Assembly: GCF_004010195.1 (NCBI RefSeq)
Contig: NC_057753.1
Coordinates: 10,458,351-10,499,886 of the forward strand
DNA from: Chiloscyllium plagiosum
Lineage: Eukaryota
Direction of reading: 5' to 3'
Length of the DNA stretch: 41,536 nt
The notes beneath the pieces are model-generated. The model did no database searches. It was not told the origin of the DNA and was given only the letters and a program-made list of their open reading frames with translations. Below, piece by piece: positions 22,835 through 34,470 of this stretch (positions within the stretch are counted from its first letter, which is position 1; each line of letters opens with the position of its first letter). The position numbers and the translations under genes were made by a program.

Positions 22835-24510
22835 AGAGTCATACAGCACAGAAAGAGACCCTTCACCCCAACTCGTCAGTGCCGACAAGATATCGTCTCA
22901 TTTGCCTCCATGTGGCCCATATCCCTGTAAACCTTTCCTATTCATATGCTCATCCAGATGCCTTTTAGATGTTGTCATTGTACCAGCCTCCACTACTCTG
23001 GCAGCTTGTTCCATGCATGCACCACTCTCTGCGTAAAAAAGTTGCCCTCGGGTCTCTTTTAAATCATTCCCCTCTCACTTCAAACATATGCCCTCTAGTT
23101 TTGGATTACCCTAGGGAAAAAAAATCCCTGGATATTCATGCTATCCATGCCCCTTATGAATGTCCATAAGAGCACCCCTCAGCCTCCGAAGTTCTGGAGA
23201 AAATAACTCTGTCTCTGTACTTCAAACCCTCCAACTCTAGCAACAGCTTTGTAAATCTTTTCCGACCCATTTCAAAGTTTCACAACATCTTTCCTATAGC
23301 AGGGAGGCCAGAACTGAACACAAAAGGAGTGTAACCAATGTCCTGTACATGACCTCCCAAATCCTATGCTATGACCAATAAAGGAAAGCATACCAAATGC
23401 CTTCTTCACTATTGTATCTTCCAGAAATTCCACTTTCAAGGAATTCTGAACCTGCACTCCAAGGTCTCTTTGTTCTGCAATACTCCCCTTACCTGAGTCA
23501 GTCCTGCCTGGATTGCTTGACCAAAGTGCAAACCACACATTTCTCTAAATTAAACTCCATCTCTAACTCCTCGGGACATCAGTCCATCTGATCAATTCTA
23601 TTTTATATCAAACTTTCTTTCCTCTCTCATTCCCAAAGAGCTGAAAATCTCCATCCGACACACTCCCCCTCCATTCTCACTTTGCTGAACCTAATCCCTG
23701 CTGTACCACATCCTGAAGGGTCTGGTTCATGCTGATTAACAGGCCCACACTCGGGGATCTAATTGAAATGTACAGAATCCTGAACGGCCTGGACAGAGTG
23801 GAAGCTGGGAAGACGCTTCCTTTTGGAGGAGAGACTAGGACCCGAGGACACAGCCTTAGAGTAAATGGAAGACCTTTTAGAACGAAGGTAAGGAGTAACT
23901 TCTTCAGCCAGAGAGTGAGGAATCTATGGAATTCACTGCCACAGAAGGCTGTGAAGGCGAGGTCATTGAGGATATTTAAGACTGAGATAGATAGGTTCTT
24001 GAGTATCAAGGGTGGAAGAATGAGGTTGTGAAACTCATCAGCCATGATTAAACGGTGGAGCAGACCCAATGGGCTGAATGGCATAATTTTTGCTCCTATG
24101 TCTTATGGTCTGTTGATGTCCTGGAAGAGAATTGGGAGCAGGAGTTGGCCATTTGGTCTTTCGAGCCTGCACCAGCATTGAACACATCATAACTGGATAT
24201 GAATCTACCTGCATATAGATGAATAGGCTGAGACTTTTTCACTGGAAGAAAGTGAAGACTGCAGATGCTGGAGATCAGAGTCGAGAGTGTGGTCCTGCAA
24301 AAGCACAGCAGGTCAGGGCTGATGAAGGGCTTATGCCCAAAATATCCATTTACCTGCTCCTCGGATGCTGCCTGACCTGCTGTGCTTTTCTAGCACCACA
24401 CTCTTTTTCACTGAAGCACAGGAGGTGACCTTATAGAGGCTTACAAAATCATTAGGGGTATAGATGAGGTGAACAGCAGGAGTCCTTTCCCGAGGATGGG
24501 CGTTTCAAAA
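22835..24510. mobile_element. Cluster of CR1 fragments (22835-23595 -, 23752-24110 +, 24218-24510 +)
   Basis: GDLIEMYRILNGLDRV...FFSQRVRNLWNSLP; same order as in 8914-10480. Confidence 0.8.
24245..24402. mobile_element. Family-B fold-back element with 11-bp TSD
   Basis: ctttttcactg at 24234-24244 and 24403-24413; inverted arms flank CTGATGAagggcttatgccc at 24319. Confidence 0.85.
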
Positions 24511-24511
24511 C

Positions 24512-24642
24512 TACCTTTATCTGCATCTCCCCCTACACCCATCCCTAGTCTTGAAGAAGGGTTACACCCGAAACGTCGACTTCTCCAACTCCTGATGCTG
24601 CCTGGCTTGCTGTGTTCTTCCAGCCTCCTGCCTGTCTATTTT
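24512..24642 (+). mobile_element. Penelope-derived end with hammerhead motif
   Basis: agtc-TTGAAGA-a-gggt(tac)accc-GAAAC-GTC-gact at 24547-24581: perfect 4-bp stem I, C3 to U change. Confidence 0.75.
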
Positions 24643-24649
24643 GCCAATT

Positions 24650-25001
24650 GACCAACGTTTCCAGAGTCTGTCCCCTCCCGGATTCACTCCCTTTCTGTTA
24701 CTGCAAGTCATCAATTGAATGAAAAAGAAATGGAAAAAGCGGCAAGAAAAGGGAATGCTGGACTCTCAGATATTAGACAGAGGAAGGATTTGCAGTCTGG
24801 GCAAAGCTCAAATCTTCATTCAGACAGAAAAGAGCAGGAGTACCAGCTTCAGAAGGTCATTGTTCAACTTTCCCATTCAGATAATAGGGTGACTCTGATT
24901 GGCAGGAGGACCAGTCTCCTTCCGGTCCTCCAGGGTTCCCTATTCGTCCATCAAAAGAAGGTCTCGCACCAATTTTGCAGATAGCGATGAGCATGCGCAC
25001 T
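24650..25001 (-). promoter_or_regulatory. Second type of promoter/exon-1 module (copy 1)
   Basis: Homologous to 34471-34838; ctgattggc (CCAAT), cttccgg (ETS), gcatgcgca (NRF1-like); left end resembles the ZNF exon-1 module. Confidence 0.5.
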
Positions 25002-25416
25002 GCTTTGCTGACTGGCAAATATGCGTAGTATGCTGTATGGGAATACGGGAGTTACTGACAAATTTTGTGTCCAAACGCCAATGGGGTTTTTTTTTCTTCT
25101 ATGGCTGGACATTTTGTTGCTTTTGCATTTTATCCGGCTGCTCAATTTTTCTATGTCGTTTCCCCTTGTTGAGAGAGAGAGAGAGTGGCCCCGTGAGCTG
25201 ACTGTGGGAAGGAGCTTTAACCGGTTACACAGATTGAAGACACTATTCGCAGCAAAGGGGTGACTGTACACGTTTTCTGACTGTGGTCATACTTTCAATT
25301 TTTCATAAGAAACACAGAGCCAAAAGGACACCAGAACTGCAGAGATGTGGAAATGTGGGGACTGAGGGAAGAGATTCCATTCCCTGTCGGCACTGGAGAT
25401 TCATCAGCTCAGTCGC

Positions 25417-25940
25417 AGTGGGGAGCGGCAGTTCTTCAAAAAAAGTATTTCCTATTGACAAAAACACATTCACACTGCCTGATTACCTTGAACTTATACA
25501 AGTGCCCTGTCATAACATCTTTAATAATAGTTTTGAACATTTTTCCCATGACATATGTTAAGGTAAATGGTCTACAGTTTCCTGTTCTCGGTCTCTCTTT
25601 TTGAAGGAAGGTGTCTCCCAATCTAAAGATATCTTTCTTGAAACTAATGACGTTTGGAAAATGAAAACCAATGCATTAACTATTTCACTAGCCAGTTTTT
25701 CTTCAAGAGGTCTAGGATGAAATCCTTCGGGTACCTGGGACTCATCAACTCGTAGTTCCAACAGTTTACTCAGTACTACTTCCCTGGTAATTGTAATTTT
25801 CTTCAGTTCCTCTTTCCCTTTCAATTCCTGATTTACAGCTAGTTCCAGGGTGTTACTTGTATCCTCTCTAGTGAAGACAGATTAAAGCTCTTTTCAATTT
25901 ATCTGCCATCTCTTTATCCTCCATTATTGAATCCCCATTT
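25417..25940 (-). mobile_element. Old CR1 RT fragment
   Basis: GNCRPFTLTYVMGKMFKTIIKD; VLSKLLELRVDESQVPEGFHPRPL. Confidence 0.85.
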
Positions 25941-26117
25941 TTCTCTCAAAATCATCACTTATTTCGTTAATTTTTAAGAAATAACCTGATGAAACTTTCC
26001 TACCTATTTTTATATTTTTGGCTAACTTTCTAACCCTAATTGCTGTGCTCCTGCCTGCATTATTTCTGATGTTTTGCCGAAGCTCTCAACTCTAGCATCA
26101 ACCTGTCTGCTTATTCT

Positions 26118-26184
26118 GGATCAGTGGTGCTGGAAGAGCACAGCAATTCAGGCAGCATCCAAAGACAGGCAAAATCGACGTTTC
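26118..26184 (-). mobile_element. 67-bp Penelope-derived insertion with 24-bp TSD
   Basis: agcatcaacctgtctgcttattct at 26094-26117 and 26185-26208; insert rc begins gaaacgtcga. Confidence 0.88.
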
Positions 26185-27016
26185 AGCATCAACCTGTCTG
26201 CTTATTCTATTGAACTGACCTTGGTTAAGTGTTGCAAAACACACAAAGCAAATCTTTCCTCTCCTGAAAATCTTAGTACTTAACACAATAAAATTCACTT
26301 TGAAATATTGTTCATCCAAATTTTACCAAGCACATACTACAGATTCAACATCCCACAATGACACTCGGTTTTGTTATGACCTTTAGTTCTGAAGAGAAAT
26401 GTGAATACCTAGTGATTAACTGGAAGAACTGTTCATTAAGTTTTCATATTTTTAAACAAATAAAAATTACCAATTAACTGGAGTAACTTAGCAGAATGGG
26501 ATGTATGGCCTTAAATTGTAAATCTAGTTTTCTTTACTTCCCTGTAAGAGTTCCCACGAATCTTTACATTAATCTTGATAGTTCATTCACTTTCTGGGAA
26601 TAGTCCAAGGCATCCAAGGTTTCACTTGAATCCTTCTCAGAATTCCAAGTATTCCTGGTAATTGTATGTGGAAAAAGATCTACCACCCTGGCAACCCACA
26701 AAAGCAAAATTGGCCAAACTACCAAAACACCCAGAATGCCTCAGCAGGGACCAAGCAGGCTGACAAGCGAAACTAGACTGCATTCACAGACAAGGGAATA
26801 CCTGTACACTTAAAGCACCCACTAACAATGACAGAGCACCACAGCTATCCCAAAGCCCTGAGGGCAGTTTCACAACCCAGCAATACCAAAGCCACACAAA
26901 GAACAGGTCAGACAGAGAGGCACCAGCAAGAGCCTTGCTCCCGGGACAGGACAATGGAAGTACCTCACCACATCAGAGGAGACATTAGCACCTACCTGCG
27001 AAGAGGAATGGGAGCT

Positions 27017-27790
27017 CCAGACCGTTTCAGCCTCTTACAGATTGACTTCGCACACCTGCCCCAAAAACAGGGTTATAAGTACATCCTGGTCATCACAGAC
27101 ATGTTCTCCAAATGGGTGGAAGCATTTCCCACAAGAAAGGACGACACACACATGGTAGTAAAACGCCTCCTCAAGGATGTCATCCCCAGATTTGGAGTTC
27201 CCGGTAGCATAGGGACGGACAGGAGGACTCACTTCACTGCTCGGCTCACAACTGGCATTAGTGAGGCACTAGAGATACTGTGGTGACACCATATCCCCTA
27301 CCAACCTCAGTCTTCAGGAATGGTCGAGCGGATGAGTGGCACCCTTAAATCCACACTGACCAAGATCACCCAGGACACAGGACTGACCAGACCAGACGCC
27401 TTGCCGCTTGCCCTGCATACTATACCTGTGCAGGCAAACTGCATGACTGGGCTCACCCCTTTTGGAGGTGCTTATGGGGTGACCTATGCCCACTGATACC
27501 AGACCCCCAAAACTCTCCCCAGATACAGCCCTTCTCCTGAAACTGAATTATGTCCAGGCCCTGAGCAAGAGCATTGGTGTTACACACGACCAGGTCAGGA
27601 CTGCGTTGCCCACATCCTAAACAGTGCCCATTCAGCTGTTCTGACCAGGGACTAAGTCATGATAAGATCACTCGGAAAGGATTCTCTCTCTCGGAGGTGA
27701 TCCTGCTGATGACCCGGACCGCTGTGAAAGTGGAAGGATGGCCTGCATGGACACATGCCACCCACTACAGAAGGGCTCCACCTCCAATGA
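27017..27790 (+). mobile_element. ERV remnant 3: integrase (gamma/epsilon-like class I), disrupted
   Basis: LQIDF...TDMFSKWVEAFPT...IPRFGVP...TDRRTHF...W*HHIPYQPQSSGMVERM (D,D,E), GLTPF, C-terminal TRTAVKVEGWPAWTHATH; stop at 27284. Confidence 0.95.
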
Positions 27791-27869
27791 AGAGGGACCA
27801 GACAGAAGAAGACACCACTTCAATCGCCGAGGATGGATCCAGCTGCTCGCCTCAGCATCAGCACTCTCG

Positions 27870-29090
27870 GCCTGACCTGTCTGACCATCACACTGTGGCT
27901 TGCTGGTAAACAGGGACAAGGGGGCGAGACATTTAATAATCCGGCGTGACTTGTGGGCCAACATCTTCCTGAGTATGCCCAGAGATTTAACCAGATCTGT
28001 TGCTGGGATCCCCGTCCACTCTCATGGGGGCATTTTCTTTGCCTCAATCCCATTAAATATCTCTGATATTGCAGAGTGTGGCTCGAACCAGATAGGTCCC
28101 TTGGGGTTACCACACTCAAAATACCACCAACATTGACCAAATATGGGGACAACAGCCCAGCCCACTGGAGGTCTGCGGGGTCGCACCTGGACAAATGTAA
28201 AGGGTGGTTTTACCCGGCCTGCAACCTCTCCCATGAACCAATGCTGGCACCAGCACACTTGGGCCACCTCCAGGATCCATCTGTTTGAAATGCACACAGC
28301 CATTCGGATGGGAGGCTGACTGGAGCACTGACTCCCTGCTCCTAACACCCGCAGCACACCAAACCTGCTGCAGAAAGCAGAATTAAACCTACAGGTCCTC
28401 AACAGGACCAGCCAGAACACCACCTTCCTCACCATCTGGACAGAGACCCAGACCTGCCATCTCTAGACCTACAATGGCACCTATTTGATCTGTGGCCACA
28501 AACCCTTCCCCTGGCTGCCATTGTTCTGGACTGGGAGCCCTCACTGCCAGTGAAGCAGCTCTCTACCTGATGGCACCCTGCCATGCAACCCTATGGTTAC
28601 AGATAGAGGCCCACAAACTCGCCACTACATTAGAGGAGATGGTTAACTCCACAGCTGAAGCGCTTGCCCAGCTGAATGCAGAGGCTGTTGCCATCCGTAC
28701 TGTGGCTCTGCAGAACAGGATGGCCCTGGATACCTGCTCACTGCGAAAGGGGGCACACAGAGTCATAGTCATAGAGATGTATATGCACCCTCATTGGTGC
28801 TGACTGTTGCACTTACATTCCTGACCCCAGAGAAAACATCACACAGCTGGCCCAACATATCCGACAGGCAGTTTCTGTCCTGCATGATCAGAACGCCCAC
28901 TGGGACCTATGGGATTGGGTAGCATCCTGGCTGGGCTCATGGACTGCTACAGGGACTGATAGCCTTCATTGCTATCATTGCTGGGATTGTAGCACTGGCG
29001 ATGGCTATCCGACTGTGTTGTTCACGTCTGTGTGCAATCTTGCTACCCTCTGCCCCGGCCACCACTCAGCTAGTACAGGTCGATTGGGAT
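27870..29090 (+). mobile_element. ERV remnant 3: gamma-type env, disrupted
   Basis: NGTYLICGHKPFPWLPLFWTGS (28473), ISD LQNRMALD (28708), CX6CC CTLIGADCCTYIPD (28784), Trp-rich MPER and anchor LIAFIAIIAGIVALAMAI. Confidence 0.92.
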
Positions 29091-29091
29091 A

Positions 29092-29752
29092 CAACCTCCA
29101 TATACATTGTATCATCCGTCGTCATTTCTGCCACCTCCAAACGGACCCCACCACCAGGGATATATTTCTCTCCCCTCCCCTATCAGTGTTCCGAAAAGAC
29201 CACTCCCCCTACGACTCCCTCGTCAGGTCCACACCCCCCACCAACCCAACCTCCACTCCCGGCACCTTCCCCTGCAACCGCAAGAAATGCAAAACTTGCG
29301 CCCACACCTCCCCCCTTACTTCCCTCCAAGGCCCCAAGGGACACTTCCATATCCGCCACAAATTCACCTGCACCTCCACACACATCATCTATTGCATCCG
29401 CTGCACCCGATGTGGCCTCCTCTATATTGGGGAGACAGGCCGCCTACTTGCGGAACGGTTCANNNNNNNNNNNNNNNNNNNNNNNNNNNNNNNNNNNNNN
29501 NNNNNNNNNNNNNNNNNNNNNNNNCCTCTCCGTCCCCACCCCCACTCCGGCCTATCACCCTCACCTTAACTTCCTTCCACCTATCGCATTTCCAATGCCC
29601 CTCCCCCAAGTCCCTCCTCCCTACCTTTTATCTTAGCCTGCTTGGCACACTTTCCTCATTCCTGAAGAAGGGCTCATGCCCGAAACATCGATTCTCCTGT
29701 TCCTTGGATGCTGCCTGACCTGCTGCGCTTTTCCAGCAACACATTTTCAGCT
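29092..29752 (+). mobile_element. Penelope-like element 3' part: GIY-YIG endonuclease + pseudo-LTR with hammerhead
   Basis: PCNRKKCKTC...FTCTSTHIIYCIRCTRCGLLYIGETGRLLAERF; attcCTGAAGAagggc(tcat)gcccGAAACATC at 29658-29689; contains an N gap. Confidence 0.93.
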
Positions 29753-30159
29753 CTATTCTCACCTGCCTGCAAAGAGAGCTGGAATCTCCTGATCCCACCA
29801 AGAACGCATTGATACTGACAGGATGTTACATTGTATTGACCATCAGGACATTCTTCCCATAACTGTTTTTCAATTCTCATCATTGTAACTGGATTACTTA
29901 ATTTCCAAATACATTGTATCTTTCCCCATTTTAATCAATCTCATTGTACAAGATTCCTATAAGACCTGGCTTGATTCTCAGCTCAGGGAAGAGAATTCTC
30001 GGCTACCTGGACAAACTGTCTGTGCTGTTTCAGCTTAGTCAATGTCTCTTTCGGGATTTCACTGTACTCATAAACTGCTTGTCAATTTCACTTCGAACTG
30101 TGCTTTGTGATCTCTAAGTTATTGGGCTAATTTCTCCGACAGGGGAAACAATGGGGCAT

Positions 30160-30390
30160 TGTTTTCACACAAGAGTGTGGTGCGTGTATGGAATGAGCTG
30201 CCAGAGGAAGTGATGGAGGTGGCTACAATTACAACATTTAAAAAAATGTCTGGATGAATAGTTCTGGTTTACAAGGATATGGGGCAAATGCTGCGAATTG
30301 GGACTGGGTCAGATTGGGACATCTGGTCAGCATGGATGAGTTGAACCAAAGAGTCTGTTTCCATGCAGTGTGACTCTTGAAGTCTCTATG
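30160..30390 (+). mobile_element. CR1 LINE 3' fragment
   Basis: 'gtatggaatgagctgccagaggaagtg...tctgtttccatgc'. Confidence 0.8.
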
Positions 30391-30403
30391 ACCAAACCTA
30401 CCT

Positions 30404-30710
30404 ATTTACTGAATCTTCTTGCTAGATTTTTTTAATGCACCCAGTTTAAGGAGATTTCTGGAGAGGGAAATTGGCATATGTCTTGTATCCTGGAAGGTTT
30501 GGAAAATAAAAGTAGATAATCCTCCCTGGGAATGGTACAATCCACCCCCCCCCCAATGATTTACTGAATCTTCTCGCTGGATTTTTTTAATGCACCCAGT
30601 TTAAGGAGATTTCTGGAGAGGGAAATTGGCATATGTCTTGTATCCTGGAAGGTTTGGAAAATAAAAGTAGATAATCCTCCCTGGGAATGGTACAATCCAC
30701 CCCCCCCCCC
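30404..30710. repeat. ~155-bp near-exact tandem duplication
   Basis: 30404-30554 / 30559-30710, about two substitutions. Confidence 0.9.
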
Positions 30711-30950
30711 ACGAATGACACAATCCTTCTAACCACCCTCCCACCCCGCAATCCTCCCCCTCTGAATGGTTCAATCCTCCCAATTTTCAATGGTACAGTT
30801 CTACCTGATCCATATTTGCCATGGATGGTACAATCCTCCCCTTCCCATGTTAGTGATAAGATCCTTTCTCCACACCTTCCCCCCCATGAATGGTAGGATA
30901 CTTCGCATCCCCGTTCCCAAATCTCCGCTGCAGGAGTACAATCATCCCCC
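30687..30950 (+). repeat. Degenerate minisatellite, core aatggtacaatcc(t)ccc
   Basis: Roughly seven diverged copies at irregular spacing. Confidence 0.65.
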
Positions 30951-31149
30951 TGAGAATCCTGAGCTGGGCCTCAAAAGTCCCTTTCTGTTTCACATTTCCG
31001 AAGCCTTTCCCATTTGAAAACAGTCTCTGTTTCTGGTCTTCCCACCAAAGTGCATAACCTCAGACCTTACCACATCTGCCCCTTCTCTAGCCATTCTCCT
31101 GGCCTGTCCAAGCGTTCCCAGCATGGACCCCTTCTGGAACTCCATCTGC

Positions 31150-31460
31150 CCCATCCTGATAAAGACCCCTTTATGCTGACTCTGTCTTCCGCCAGTCAGC
31201 CAATCCTCTATCCATGCGAGTACCTTGCCCCTACATCGAGGACTCTTATCTTACTGAGCAGCCTCCTGGGTGGCACCTTGTCAGAGGCTTTCTGGAAATG
31301 CAAATCGGTCATGTCCACTGGCTCTCCCTTTGTCTAGCTTGCTCATTACCTGCTCAAAGAATCCTAACAGATTTGTCAGACATGACCTCCTCTTGTCAAA
31401 GCCATGCAGACTCAGTCCTGTTCTACCATGAACCTCTAAATATTCCTATCACACACACTT
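31150..31460 (-). mobile_element. CR1 RT fragment
   Basis: rc of FQKASDKVP region ('ggcaccttgtcagaggctttctggaaat'). Confidence 0.75.
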
Positions 31461-31669
31461 CATAATGCCTGTTAAGTTTACCATAAATAAGCTGTTCTGT
31501 TCATTAAAATATAATCAAATTTAAAGATTTAATATTAAGCATGTACAGTATCTATGCCCCTCAATATTTCATCCTTCTGAAGACCTCCAAAAAAGATTAG
31601 CACAAGATATAAAACAGATTGTGTGAGTGCATCAAGTGAAGGAGATAGTAAGAATGAGAAAGGAGTGGC

Positions 31670-32065
31670 TAAACATCTAAACCTACCCATGCAATGGTCA
31701 AGAAAGCACAGCAACACCTTTTCTTCTTCAGGAGGCTTAAGAAATTCAGCATGTCCACAAGGACCCTCACCAACATTTACAGATGCACCACAGAAAGCAT
31801 TGAATCTGGGTGCATCACGCCCTGCTACAACAACTGCTCTGCCCAGGACCGAAAGAAACTACAGAAGGTTGTGTGCACAACACAGTCCATCATGAGAGCC
31901 AACCTCCCATCCGAGGAATCGATCTTCACTTCTCATTGTCATGGAAAGGTTGCCGATATCATCAAAGACCTCTCCCAACCCGGGAATCATCTCCTACACC
32001 CTTTTCCATCAGGCAGAAGATACAGAAACTTGAACACATGCACCAACAGGTTGAAGAATTGCCTC
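31670..32065 (+). mobile_element. Rex1/Babar-type LINE C-terminal fragment
   Basis: VKKAQQHLFFFRRLKKF...YRCTTESI...LQKVV...IIKD...PSGRRYR...TNRLKN. Confidence 0.85.
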
Positions 32066-32370
32066 TAGATTAGAGTGGTGCTGGAAAAGTACAGCAGTTC
32101 AGGCAGCATCCAAGGGGCAGGAAAAGCGACGTTTCGAGCAAAAGCCTTTCATCAGGAATAGAGGCAGAGTGCCTGCAGAGTAGAGAAATAAATAAGAGGA
32201 CGGTGGGGTTGGGGAGAAATTAGCATAGAGTACAATAGGTGAATGGGGGTGGGGTGGAGGTGATAGGTCAGGGAGGAGGGTGGGGGAAGGTAGCAAGGAG
32301 TACAGTGGGTGGATGGGAGTGGGATAAAGGTGATCGGTCAGAGAGGAGGGTAGAGTGGATAGGTGGAAAA
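32066..32370 (-). mobile_element. Penelope 3' end with hammerhead motif
   Basis: rc ttcCTGATGAaaggc(tttt)gctcGAAACGTC at 32128-32158. Confidence 0.8.
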
Positions 32371-32412
32371 GACTTTCTCCCCACCCTCCTCTCATTTTTT
32401 TTACTTTTTTTT

Positions 32413-32483
32413 TACATTACATTACAGTGTGGAAACAGGCCCTTCGGCCCAACAAGTCCACACCGACCCGCCGAAGCGCAACC
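32413..32483 (-). mobile_element. HE1-type SINE tail running into an N gap
   Basis: acattacattacagtgtggaaacaggcccttcggcccaac. Confidence 0.85.
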
Positions 32484-32829
32484 NNNNNNNNNNNNNNNNN
32501 NNNNNNNNNNNNNNNNNNNNNNNNNNNNNNNNNNNNNNNNNNNNNNNNNNNNNNNNNNNNNNNNNNNNNNNNNNNNNNNNNNNNNNNNNNNNNNNNNNNN
32601 NNNNNNNNNNNNNNNNNNNNNNNNNNNNNNNNNNNNNNNNNNNNNNNNNNNNNNNNNNNNNNNNNNNNNNNNNNNNNNNNNNNNNNNNNNNNNNNNNNNN
32701 NNNNNNNNNNNNNNNNNNNNNNNNNNNNNNNNNNNNNNNNNNNNNNNNNNNNNNNNNNNNNNNNNNNNNNNNNNNNNNNNNNNNNNNNNNNNNNNNNNNN
32801 NNNNNNNNNNNNNNNNNNNNNNNNNNNNN

Positions 32830-33121
32830 CACCTTGTCTCAGTCAAATCCATCAAACTCAGCACCACCTTCCTAACCTGCAATCTTCTTCCTGACCTCTC
32901 CGCCCCCACCCCAAGTCTCCGGCCTATCACCCTCACCTTGACCTCTCTCCACCTATCGCATTTCCAACGCCCCTCCCCCAAGTCCCTCCTCCCTACCTTT
33001 TATCTTAGCCTGCTGGACACACTTTCCTCATTCCTGAAGGGCTTATGCCCGAAACGTCGATTCTCCTGTTCCTTGGATGCTGCCTGACCTGCTGCGCTTT
33101 TCCAGCAACACATTTTCAACT
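32830..33121 (+). mobile_element. Penelope 3' end (family B)
   Basis: Near-identical to 29525-29752; hammerhead core has a 3-nt deletion. Confidence 0.88.
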
Positions 33122-33760
33122 ACATGTAATACTGTATAGAACAGCACAGTACAGGCCCTCGATGTAGTGTCGGCCCGTTATCCTACTTTAGGATCAGACT
33201 AACCATCATGCTCTTCACTGTACTAACTTCCATGTGCCTATCCAAGAATAGCTTAAATATCCCTAATCTATGTGACTCCACTACCCATGCCGGCAGTGCA
33301 TTCCATGCACCCACCACTCTGTGTAAAGAACCTACTCTGACACCTCCCCTAAACCTTCCTTTAATTACCTTAAAATTATGACCCCTCATAATAGAAATTT
33401 CTGCCAAGGCTATCCATTCTATCGATGACTCTCAATATTTTGTACACCACTATCAAGTCACCTCTCATCCTTCTTCACTCCAATGAGAAAGGCCTTGGCT
33501 CTCTCAACCCTCCAGTCCAAGCAGCATACTGGTAAATCTCCTCTGCACCCTAAGTTTCCACATCTTTCCTACAATGAGGCAACCAGAACAGAACATAATA
33601 TTCCAAGTGTGGTCTCACCAGGATTCTATAGAGCTACAACATAACCTTGCAACTTTTAAACTCAATACCCCAATACACCATATGCCTTCTTAACAACCCT
33701 ATCAACTTGGGTGGCAATGTTGAGGGACCTGTGGACATGGGCCCCAACATCCCCCTGTTC

Positions 33761-34052
33761 TTAGTGAGTTTTGAGAAGATTTGTATCTCAGGTTTTGAAT
33801 GCAGGTTTGCTCACTGAGCTGAAAGTTTCATTTCCAGACGTTTCGTTACCTTACTAGGTAACATCTTCAGTGGACCTCATGCAAAGCAATGCTGAAAATT
33901 CCTGCTTTCTATGTTTGAGTTTCTTTGGATTGGTTACATCATTTCCTGTGGTGAAGTCACATTGCTTTGCGTGAGGTCCACTGAAGATGTTACCTAGTAA
34001 GGTAAAGAAACATCTGAAATGAACCTTTCAGCTCAGTGAGCAAACCTACATC
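33761..34052. mobile_element. 292-bp fold-back element with two inverted hammerheads (family C), 13-bp TSD
   Basis: Arms 33799-33891 and 33960-34051; TSD catccccctgttc / catccctctgttc. Confidence 0.88.
33833..33874 (-). ncRNA. Minimal type I hammerhead ribozyme motif, fully intact
   Basis: rc: tcca-CTGAAGA-t-gttacc(tagtaa)ggtaac-GAAAC-GTC-tgga; 4-bp stem I, 6-bp stem II, palindromic stem III, GUC cleavage triplet. Confidence 0.8.
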
Positions 34053-34470
34053 CATCCCTCTGTTCCTCCACACTGCCAAGAATCCTGCCTTTCACCCTGT
34101 ATTTTGCATTCAAATTTGACCTTCCACAGTAAATTACTTCACACTTTTCTAGGTTGAACTCCATCTGCCACTTATCAGCACAGTTATGCATCTTGTCAAT
34201 GTATTATTGCAACCTACAACAGCCCTCCACACTATCCACAACTCTACCAACTGAATGTGGGACATGTGGCAATAAATCAAATCAACAAGCTCTCACAAAG
34301 AGCCCTCAGAGGAAATCTGACCCCTGACCAGCACCCTATTTCTCATGCAGATTCAGTATTCTTACATCTATCCTGATGGCGGATCAAGAGGCCATCTTTT
34401 TTGCGAGACTAATAAATGAGTCAAGTTGAGGAAACAACGCCTGTCAATGTCTTTAATAGACACAGATCTA

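Larger units (their letters stand above)
33138..34250 (-). mobile_element. CR1 LINE fragment interrupted by a fold-back element
   Basis: RVVGAWNALP motif; sequence resumes across the TSD at 33748/34053. Confidence 0.85.

Noticed and set aside
28492..29090. Co-opted syncytin-like env gene
   Set aside because: Multiple frameshifts, an insertion, stops in SU and no visible furin site
30531..30950. Spaced aatggtacaatcc repeats resembling a CRISPR array
   Set aside because: Eukaryotic context, degenerate short units, irregular C-rich spacers and no cas genes
32239..33087. Long ORFs of 136-282 aa
   Set aside because: They are open only because they cross an N gap, and they are made of repeat sequence
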